Shown here one piece after another: positions 44,264 to 56,200 of a stretch of 64,000 nucleotides of DNA (position 1 is its first letter; every line of letters begins with the position of its first letter). Position numbers and translations under genes: made by a program. The stretch comes from a virus. Its lineage: Duplodnaviria > Caudoviricetes. The stretch lies in IMG/VR virus record IMGVR_UViG_3300042935_001404, one strand, 5' to 3'. A model generated the notes under the pieces. It was not told the origin of the DNA, did not search any database, and worked only from the letters and a program-made list of their open reading frames with translations.

Positions 44264-47200
44264 TGGCAAAAGTGAGAACAGTAGATTTTCTACCAGAGAT
44301 ATTTCAGACATCTACCAACAAGCAATTTTTGGCTGCTACCCTGGACCAATTGGTTCAAGAGCCGCAGTTTAAAAAGACACAGGGATATGTTGGACGTCGC
44401 GTAGGGCCAGGCGTAAATGCCGACGACAAATATGTTGTTGAACCTACTCGATCTCGCACAGATTATCAATTAGAACCGGGTGTTGTATTCAGAAAAACTG
44501 ATTCCACAGTGATCAAGGACGCAGTCACGTATCCCGGCATCACTGATGCTCTAGGCACACAAGGTGCGTTTGTTGATCAAAGCGAAAGACTCTACACCAG
44601 CGAATACTATACCTGGGATCCGCAGATTAACTGGGACAAGTTTGTAAACTACAGCCAATACTATTGGTTACCTGATGGTCCGTTGTCAGTTGATGTAGGT
44701 GGCACAGCAGTTCCGCTCACTGCAGACTACACTGTCACAAGAGAAAATGGCGTATACACATTTTCAAACTATACCGGCAGCAATCCTACAATTACATTAT
44801 TGCGCAACGGCAACTACACATTCACTGTGGCACAGAATGCAACAGAAACTGTAAACTATCGTGTCACGGCAGCCACAACATCAGCATACATTATTGATTA
44901 CTTGCCAAATCCACCACTGACACTTGTGCGTGGAAACACCTATGTGTTCAATTTAAATCTTGGTGTAGTATCGCCATTCTGGATTAAAACCTCTCCGTCA
45001 CAGGGCCGTATTGATCAATACAACACTGGTGTAAGTCGCAACGGTGCAAACACCGGCAACATTACATTTACTGTGCCACAAGACGCACCTGACACCTTGT
45101 ACTACGCAAGTGAAACACAGTTTAACATGCAAGGCGTGTTGACAATTGTTGACGGAACTCCGGGCACAGGTCCGGGTTTTTGGATTCAGGCAGAACCAGG
45201 GGTCGAAGGTGTACTGCCTTATGCACCTAACATTTCTAGTAGAGATGTGCTGGGCGTAACCAACAACGGTGAAGATCTTGGAGTAGTGACATTCAATGTT
45301 CCTGAGTCTACTGCACAGAGTTTTTACTATGGGTTGACCAGCATTGGCTCTGTCGACCTGGCCACAAATTTATTATTTGATCAAATTAACAATGTTTTCT
45401 TATCTGAATTTTTTGCAGCCAACCCAACGGGCATTGATGGTACTACAAATTTAAATGGTCGAACATTGGTATTTCTCAACACAACTACGGGCGATGATGG
45501 ATGGGAAGTTGTCAGTCCATTTGATCCATTGCCTGCATCTGGAATTGGAACCGGTAGCTATGACAGCACAGCATTTGCACAGGCAATTCCACTTACTCAG
45601 CCTGACCGTTACAGTGTATGGCAAATAACATACGTAACATCATCTGGTGGCCAGCAGTACATTCAATTAAATCCAGTATTGCCAGTGGCTGAGTTGGAAA
45701 AGTTTACTATTGCCTTTGGTAATCAGTATTCAAATACTGGTTGGTATAAAGATGCATCTGGGTACTTTGAAGAAATTCCGTTGTTGACAGCAATCAAAGA
45801 TACATTGTATTATCAAGACGGAACAGACCCTGGAATTTTTGGGCAAATTCGGTTGCTTGATCAAACCAACGCAACCACAACATATATCAACGATATTATT
45901 GGAAAGCCCAACTATACCAGTTCAAATGGTGTGGTGTTTACTAATGGACTCAAAGTTCAATTTCGTGGCAGCACAATACCAGCCGAATACGAAAACCAAG
46001 AATACTATGTTGAAGGTGTAGGCACAGCAATTAAATTACTACCTGTTGGTGATTTTATCACTCCAGAGCCATATACTCAAAATGCACTTATTCCGTTTGA
46101 TAGTTTAAGATACGATGAGGGAAACTATGATGCTTCTTTGAATGCGCCACTAATTCCAGAGTATCTTACAATTGGTCGTGCTAGTCCTGATTTAAATCCC
46201 TGGACACGTAGTAATCGTTGGTTCCACATTGATGTTATCAATGCATCTGCCACTTATAACAACACAACACCAATTTTAAGCAACTCTCAAAGTGCTAAAC
46301 GTCCTATTATAGAATTTAATGCAGGAACACGCCTGTACGATTTTGGAACCCAAGGAAAACTGCCGGTTAATATTGTTGACTTTACTATCACAGATGCGCT
46401 GAGCACCATTAACGGATCACTGGGCTACGGCATTGACGGATACGAATTTGTCAACGGTACCCGTGTTATTTTTGCAGCTGATACTGACTCTGAAGTTAGA
46501 AATAAAATTTACGTTGTAAATTTCATTACGCCTGACACTGTGCCGCCATTGATTGCACAACCTATTATTGATCTAGTTCCTGCTGACGACTCCACAGTAC
46601 TGGTTGATCAAACCGTAGTCACACTTAGCGGATTAACAACACAAGGAACAAGTTATTATTACGATGGTATCACTTGGTTAAGAGCACAACAAAAGACAGC
46701 TACAAATCAAGCGCCATTGTTTAACGTGTATGATTCTGCTGGAATTAGTTTCAGTGACCGTGCCAAGTACCCTAGCTCTACATTTGCTGGCAGTAAGTTG
46801 TTCAGTTATGCCACTGGACAGGGCGCCGTGGATACTGTGCTGGGATTGCCACTGCGTTACCTAAGTATAAACAACATTGGTGACATTGTATTTGATAATA
46901 ATTTTTATACAGACCAATTTACCTATGCCATACAAAATACTGCGCAGACTATTAATATAAGTGACGGGTACTCGTATCAATATGTTGATCGAGTTATATA
47001 TGAACGCGAACTTGGCTGGCAAGTGGCAGCAACTCCAAGTTTAATTCGTCAACAATTTCAGTTTGCGTACGACGGATCCCCATTACGATTCAATATCAAT
47101 ATACCTGAGAATACCGTTGTTCCTGCAATACAACTGTATGTGGCCAACAAATATATCTTGCCTGCAGAATATACAGTAACAAGAACGGCTGCTACAACCA

Positions 47201-50200
47201 CAATCATATTGAACAATATCTATACGCCAGGATCAATCATTGAGGTTCAAGTCTTAAGCAATGATCTAAGCGACAATGGATTTTATCAAGTGCCAATTAA
47301 TTTGGCAAACAATCCCTTCAACGTTAACAGTCCTTACTTTACGCTGGGAACCATAAGAACACATTACGAAAGTATTGCTAGAAATCTAATTGACTTTACC
47401 GGTGACATTAACGGTCCAAACAACACACGCGACCTGGGCAACATTGGTCGTTACGGTACAACCATACTGGAACAGAGTGCGCCATTGACCCTGGCTGGCT
47501 TCTTTATGAGAAGCAGTGAATACAATATCTTTAAGTCGTTGGAGTTCAACGATAGAGAGTATACCAAGTTTAAAAATAGACTGTTAGAAAATGCCATTCG
47601 CAACGAATGGGGTAATTTAACAACAAGCGAAATTCTTGATTCTGTGGTTACTGATTTAAATATTGGTAAAACTAACATAAACAGTTTCTATTACAGCGAT
47701 ATGTTGCCCAGTGGCAATGTTTATACAGACACTGTTTACACAGTGACACCGATCACAGTTGGCATATTTGACACACTACAAACACACTCGTTTACTTCTG
47801 CAAACTTCTTAGGCTTATTGGTATACCTAAACGATACACTGCTGACACTAAACTATGACTACACAGTGGCCACAGATGGCCCAACACTTACTGTTACTGT
47901 TCCACTCACAGTTGGCGATGTGGTCACCATTCGTGAATATGCAGACACCGCAGGAAATTATGTTCCCAATACTCCTACCAAGATGGGCCTGTATCAGGCA
48001 TTTAAACCTGAAGTGTTCTTGGATGAAAACTATGTAAACCCAACTGTTGTTATCCGTGGCCATGATGGCAGTATTACCACAGCATTTGGTGACATGCGCG
48101 ATGATATCTTATTGGAGTTTGAACGTAGAATTTTCAACAACTTAAAGACTGAAGGCAATCCAGTACCAATACCACCTGAAGAAGTGATTCCTGGTTATTT
48201 CCGCACAACAGATTATACTCAGGCCGAGATTACAACTATTCTAGGTGAAAGTTTCTTGACCTGGGTAGGGCAAAACAAACTGGATTACAAAACACAGCAG
48301 TACATTGCCAACAATCCGTTTACCTACAATTATAGCCAAGCCGGCGATAAAGAAAAAGATTTGCCGTTGCTGGGAGCCTGGCGCGGCATCAGTAGATATT
48401 TCTATGATACACTAAGTCCCAACTACACTCCGTGGGAAATGCTGGGCTTTAGCCAACAGCCCGCATGGTGGGAAACACGCTATGGTCCTGCGCCATACAC
48501 ACAGGATAACTTGGTGTTATGGGACGACATACAAGCTGGTATCGTTGCTGATCCAGACGGATATTATATTAAACCTGACTTCGTAAGACCAAACTTATCA
48601 ACCTACTTCATACCCACCGGCACAGAAGGCCAACTACTGTCTCCATTGGACAGTGTGGTTGGGCAGTATGATCCTAATGCATTCCGCAAGAGCTGGGTAG
48701 TCGGCGATGGCGGCCCTGTAGAGGCTGCATGGTGGACCTCCAGTAGTTACCCATTTGCTGTGATGCGCCTGTTGGCACTAACACGCCCGGCAAAATTCTT
48801 TAGTTTGTTTGCGGACCGAGACCTTTACAAGTACAGCACAGAATTTGAACAGTATCTGTACAATGGGCGATATCGCTTAGATGCCAATGGCGTTGAGGTG
48901 TATGGTGGCAACGTTGATATATCAACAGGTGTTGTTACTCCTGTTAGCAAGGCCAGTTACATCAACTGGATTGTTGATTACAATCAACAGCTGGGTATTA
49001 ACTCAACACAGGCATTGGAAGAAGCACTGGCAAATCTTGACGTGCGACTGTGCTGGAGAACTGGAAGTTTCACAGATAAAGAATATCTTAAAATATACAC
49101 AGAACGTTCTAGCCCTAACAGTTTGAATTCAAGTTTGCTGTTGCCCGACGAAAGTTACGACTTGATGTTGTACAAAAACTCACCGTTTGCCAGTGTGGCA
49201 TACAGTGCAGTGATCGTTCAACTGACCGATGCAGGATATGCAGTATTTGGCTACAGCACAACTGATCCTTACTTTGACATTTATGCAAGCCGCACCAGCG
49301 GCGAGTTACAAACTATCAGCGCCGGCGGCAGTACAGTGCGTGTTCCACGACAATACACAAACGATATTGTGCAAGTTCCATACGGATTTGTGTTTACCAA
49401 CCAATCAAGTGTGGTTGATTTCTTGTTGAGTTATGGACAATACTTGACCACGCAAGGTCTAGTGTTTGACACACGAGAAAACGGTTACACACTTGACTGG
49501 AAACAAATGGCCAGTGAGTTTCTTTATTGGGCAAACCAAGGCTGGGCTGTTGACAGTTTAATTAATTTAAATCCGGCAGCACTGCAATTGACTGCAGAAA
49601 GACCCGGAGCAGTGGTTGACAGCATCAGTGTTCAAAATCCAGAAAACATGTTGTTGGATCAAAACCGTACACCGTTTGATGCTAGAAATTTGGTAATTGA
49701 ACGATTGGAAAACAGATTCACAATAAATGGCACAAACAACCAGGCAATTTCTTATGTTAAATTACAATTTGTTAGCTATGAAGACATTGTAATACTCAAC
49801 AACGTTAGTATTTTTGCAGACTTAATTTATAATCCCCCAACCGGCGCACGACAGACTCGTGTTTATGTTAGTGCTATCACAACCACTGAGTGGAACGGAA
49901 CATTAAATGCACAGGGCTTTGTGCTCAACCGAGACAATGTCAAAGAGTGGGCTCCGAATATCAAGTATGCTAAGGGCGAAATTGTTCTGTACAAAAACCT
50001 CTATTGGTCTGCACAAGATATTATTCAACCCAAGCGAGAATTTGCCTATTCTGACTGGGTCAAGAGCGATTATACCAAGATACAAAAAGGCCTTTTGCCC
50101 AACATCGCAAACAAAGCAGATCAGTTAGAGAACAGTTATAACACACAAACTGCAAACCTAGAAGCTGACAACGATCTACTGAGCTTTGGATTAATTGGAT

Positions 50201-53200
50201 TCCAACCAAGAGACTATATGGTTGCATTGAATCTTGACGATACCAGTCAAGTCAACTTGTATCAACAATTCATTGGCACCAAAGGAACAATATTAAGTGC
50301 AGAAATATTCACCGGTGCTAATCTTGCCAAAGAAATTGCTGACTATCAAATTTACGAAAACTGGGCTGTACTACGCGGCACATATGGAGCAAACGCAAAT
50401 CGCAGCTATGTTGAGTTGAGATTAAACGAAGCACTGTTACAAAGTGACCCAGCCACTGTGCAGATAATTGAGCCAGGCGAATCAAGTTTGGCAAATCAAA
50501 CTGTGCTGTTAAATGACGTATGGCGCGAAAGTTATAAATTAACTTCTCCAGACTTTTTAACAACTACCACAACTCAGATCACTGACACAGCATTGCCAAG
50601 CGCAGGCTATGTCAACATCAACGACGTTGATATAACAGTATTCTCCTTGGATGATCCAAGCACTATTGCCGCAAACTTAGACACCATCGGTAACGGCACT
50701 AAAATATGGGTGGCCAAAACCAACAGCTACGATTGGAATATATATCGTGCTACTCAAGTGCCAGGTAGAATTACTCGTGTGACCGACAACCTTGATGGCA
50801 CTAGTTTAGTAGCATTTACTCAAGTACATAAATTATCTCTAGGCGATATCCTAATTGTTCGATTCTTCAACGACGCCTTTAACGGCGTATATCGAGTACT
50901 GACTACCCCTACCCCAACCACGCTCACTGTGGCCTACACATTCCCAAATGGCAATCAAACTACCATAACTGGATCAGGGATAGGATTTTATCTTGACACC
51001 ATGCGTGTCGCCCAGGCCAGTGACATTGGCACATTGTCCTTTGCCAACGACTTGATTCCAGGTGCAATGGCCTGGGTTGATAACAACGGTTCTGGACTAT
51101 GGGAAGTACTTGAAAAACAAAATGTTTTTGCCGCCGGCTATGCACTTGAGCCAAGCAATCTAGTGCTTGACAGTGGGTATGGCACAAGTATTGCCCAAGC
51201 ATACGAAAATATTGCAGCATTGGTTGGCGCACCATTGTACGATGGTGGTGTTGGTGCAATTTACCCATACCTGCGTGGCCAGGGTAATTTATATGAAGCA
51301 AGTCCATTAATGCAACTAGGAACTGCTGACACAGTGGGATATGGCAGTGCATTGGCAATTGGTTACCAAGACTGGGCCATTGTGGGTGCCCCTCAAAGTT
51401 ATAGTGGCGTCGGTTATGTAGCGATACTCTACCGAGCACCTGCAAGTAATACATTCTTGCAAACGCAACTGTTGATTGCACCTGATTACCTAGCAAGTGC
51501 CGGCAGTTTTGGTTCGTCAGTGGCCATCAGCCGAGATGAACGTTGGGCGTATGTTGGCGCTCCTGCACAAGATGCAGTGTATGCATATGGTCGCGTTGAT
51601 TTAGAAATTCAAGAAGTAACGTATATCGGCGATAGCGTTACTACATCATTTAATTACAGCAATAATTTAGTGTTTGATCTAGCACACCCAGCACAGATCA
51701 CTGTATTGCTTAATAACTCTATACAGCAGTACGGAGTTGACTACGATCTAAGCGCGACCTCGGTAATATTTAACACTGCTCCGCTTCAAGATTTACCAAT
51801 TGTGATAACACGAAATATGTTATCACAATTGGATGCCGAAACATATTATAATGTTGAACAAGACTCAACAGACGGTTCCGGTATACTTGCAACATTTACA
51901 GTTGAGAGAGTTCGCGGAGACTATGAAGTTACAATTACCGGTCCAGGCGTATTCTACCAAATTGGAGACACACTTACCATTGACGCGGCCACCATTGGCG
52001 GAGGCACGTCGCCTGCAAATGATTTAGTCATTACTATAACTGCTATTGAAGGCAGCGGAGCAATCACTGGATTTACATATTCTGGTTCAGGCGTTTCAAA
52101 CACATCTGTATTTGATTTAAGTACAACGCTGTACACTGCTACAAATCTTAATTCTTTCAGTGTTCGTGTCAACGGCGTACTACAACGTCCTTATATTGAT
52201 TATACATTTGCAGGAACTACATTAACTTTTGTTACATTACCAGCGGCTGGCACCAAAATTGAGGTTGAAACTGGTTCATATTTTGCATACGTTGAAACTA
52301 TGACTGGTCCGGCAGGTTCTGGATTTGGAACAAGTGTAGCAACAGCAACAGATGGACAGCAAATAGTAATTGGTGCGCCAACAGATGTAAACAATGCGTT
52401 GATCAATGGCAGCACATATGTGTACGATCGCAGTGTCGCAAGATATCAAGTTGGTGTTGGTGAAACAGCAGTGACAACTTTCGCACTGCCCGCTGGGTTC
52501 AACACTCCAGTATCTGTGACGCTCAATAATGCGTTCTTAACTGATGCTGATCAAATCTTGGGCGGACAATTTACAGTGTCTGGCAGTGATGTAATATTAG
52601 AAGATAATGTAACATTGGCAGTGGGCGACATAATTGAAGTTGAAAGCAATATTTTCCAGTTGGTGCAGAAGATTACAATTAACAAGCCATTTGATCAAGC
52701 AAGTTTTGGCAGTTCGGTTGACCTGTGCTCAAATAATTGCAGTATCTATGTTGGTGCACCAACTGATGGCACAGTGTTACCAGGTGCTGGCAGTGTACAA
52801 CGCAGTGTAAATCAATCTCGTGTGTACGGAGTAATATCATCTCTAATTCCAAATCCTGTGTTGACAGGTGGCGATACACTGCGTATTGACAACTATGAAA
52901 TCGTAATTCCCAACAGCCCCAACAACACTGTAGCCGGGGTTGTTGACGCCATTAACACTGCCAACGAAGGTGTTGGCATTCCCAATGTACGAGCTTCTGC
53001 TCCGGGCGATTTATTCTTTGTAGGCGACGGGGTTGTAAAAACATATGACATTGGTGTAACTTACTCACAATACACCACTTACAATCCGTTGGTATATGTT
53101 GACACTGTAGTGCAAATTCTCAATGTTGACTATACGTACAACAACAGCACTGGTATTATTAGTTTTATTACTGCTCCTGCTGAACAATCTAGCATACGTG

Positions 53201-56200
53201 TGGTGCAAGGAATATTGACACTGAATGTTATAAATTTAGCGGCTGTGTTATCAAACACACGTTTGACTGTGTTGCCTGGTGTAGTTGGCACAGCGTTTGC
53301 TGACTTTGGATTTGTAGATTATGTTTACACACAGACCATAACAAGTCCTGCACCCACCATTGATGCATATTTTGGCGATGAAGTGGTCATTGACACAACC
53401 GCAACAACCCTAGTAGTTGGTGCGCCAAGAGGCAACTTGTACCAACCAGTTACATTTGACAACAACACAACTTATTTTGACGACCGCAGTACAGTGTTCT
53501 CAACAGTGGTTGTGCAAAGTGGTGTAACATACACATTTGATTATCTACCAAGCGCAACTGACTCTGCCACCAACCCGGGCCAGTTTGTATTTGGCCAGCA
53601 AATGTACGACGACAGCATTATTGAACTAGACCAGTACGGCACTGCTATCAGTTATGTAACAGGCAGATTGTTGATTGGATCACCTGGAAGTGATTTTGGA
53701 GACAGTAGCAATGCCAACTATGGCCGTGTTAGTGTGTTTGAAAATGCCGACAGAACCCCTGCCTGGACAGTGAAACACATACAACAACCAGTGGTTGATA
53801 TTGCGTTGTTAAATTCTGTTTATCTGTATGACAAGCTAGAATCTACTATTACGTCGTATTTGGATTTTATTGATCCGTTGCAAGGCAAAATTCTTGGTGT
53901 TGCAAGAGAAAACATTGATTACATTGGCGCAGTGGATCCTGCCAATTACAACATTGGACCTATTCGCAACGTTGGCAATCCCTGGGCCGCTGCAAGAATT
54001 GGAGAAATTTGGTGGGACACTAATTCAGTGCGCTTTATTGATCCCAACCAAGATGATATTGTGTATGCAAGTCGCCGATGGAGTCAAATATTCCCTGGCA
54101 GTAGCGTGGACATTTATCAATGGATTGAAAGTGATGTAACGCCTGCCAACTACGCAGGACCAGGTACTCCACTGAGTGTGTTAAGTTACACAGCCCGCTC
54201 TGAACTCAACACTGATAATATTTTTGCAACTCGTTATTATTTCTGGGTGCGTAATATCTCCACAGTGGTGACCACAGCAAACAAAAAGTTAAGCATAAAT
54301 GCCATTGCCAATTACATAGCAAATCCACGTGCCAGTGGAATCGCCTACCTGGCACCGCTGAATGCAAGCACTGTTGCAATTTATAATGTGATTGGTTTAA
54401 TCAGTGCCCAAGATACAATTTTGCACGTTGAGTATGATCGTATCAAGAACGATGACAATGTACACCAAGAATATGAGTTGATTGCAGATGGTGTTGCTGA
54501 CAGTTTCTTAAGTGCTAGCCTTTATTTAAAATTACAAGATAGTTTGAGTGGCATCAACGCCATTGGTTCACAGGTGCCTGATCCCAGTTTAAGTCCTGCA
54601 GAACGTTACGGTGTTGAGTTTAGACCTCGACAAAGCATGTTTGTTGATCGATTTGCAGCATTGAAAAATTATTTTGGATATGCCAATCGAATACTGGCAA
54701 ATTATCCAATATCTGAAACAAAAAGTTTCACACTGCTGAACAGCAAAGACCCTGAGCCAACTACAATTCAGGTCTACTATGCTGGAACATTCAACACAGG
54801 TAACACTTACACAATTTCCTATGTGGGCACCACTGATTTTACTGCAATCGGTGCAGCCAGTAACACAATTGGGGTTTCGTTTGTGGCCACCGGTTCAGGC
54901 GAAGGCTCGGGCACTGCTACATTTGTCAATTGGAACTTGCGTGTTGCTGACTTGACAGAATTAGGTTATCAAAATTTATCAATTGTTCCTATTGGTTACC
55001 GATACTTGGTAACCGCAGACTCCAGTAACTTTGGTTTCTGGACCATATATGATGTTACTGCTGGACCGCTTGTTGGATCTAAAGAACTCAGACTTGTTCG
55101 TGTGCAAAATTATGATACCAGCCGCTATTGGAGTTATATCAACTGGTATACGCCGGGTTACAACAGCACACTAAATCCTGTTGCAACTGTTAAAAATTAT
55201 GCAGAACTCGCCGAGATAACATTCAACACTGCCCCAGTTGGTGCAAGTGTCAAGGTAACAAATGCGCCTGCGGGTAAATTTGAAATTTATCAGCGTACAC
55301 TGACAAGTTGGGACCGTGTGGGACTTGAAGACGGAACCATTGAGCTCAGTGCAGAATTATGGAACTACGCACTTGGCAACTTTGGATTTGACGTTGAAGT
55401 GTTTGATGCACAGTATTTTGACCAAGAACCAGTGATTGAAACACGTAAGATTGTTCAGGCAATTAATCAACAACTGTTTATCGACGAATTGGCAATCAAT
55501 CGCAACCGTTCGTTGATATTGATGTTTGAGTTTATCATGAGTGAGTTTTCTGCTCCTGCTTGGTTATTAAAAACCAGCCTGATTGATGTTAACCACCGAA
55601 TTCGTTCACTGATTCCGTATCAAGCATATCGTCAAGACAATCAAGACTTTGTGTTAAATTACATTCAAGAAGTCAAGCCGTACCACACACAAATTCGTGA
55701 GTTTAATTTGCAGTACATCGGAGATGATGAGTATCCAGGCGCAGTAACTGACTTTGACAATCCTGCGTTCTTTGATGAGACCTTGACTGTGCCTCAATTC
55801 ATTGCACCGGTACTGTTGCCATACACACAGTCAACAGCAAATAGCCCAACCAATCCTGATGCAGATACTGCATCAAACGCTGAGATATGGACAGAAACTC
55901 CTTGGACAAACTGGTATAATAACTACACGTTAACAGTTCAATCAGTTGTTATCACCAACACTGGTTCGGGGTATACTGTTGCGCCAACAATTACCGTCAC
56001 TGGCGATGCCACTACGCCTGCAGAAATGACTGCTGTTGTTAACAGTGCAGGACAGGTAGTAAGCATTGACATTGTGAATTATGGCAGCGGATATATTACC
56101 ACCCCAATCATAACTTTTGTAGGCGGCAACGGATCAGGTGCCGCAGCCGCAGTTGTCATGGGCAACGACTTGGTTCGTCAGATAAAAACCACAATGAAAT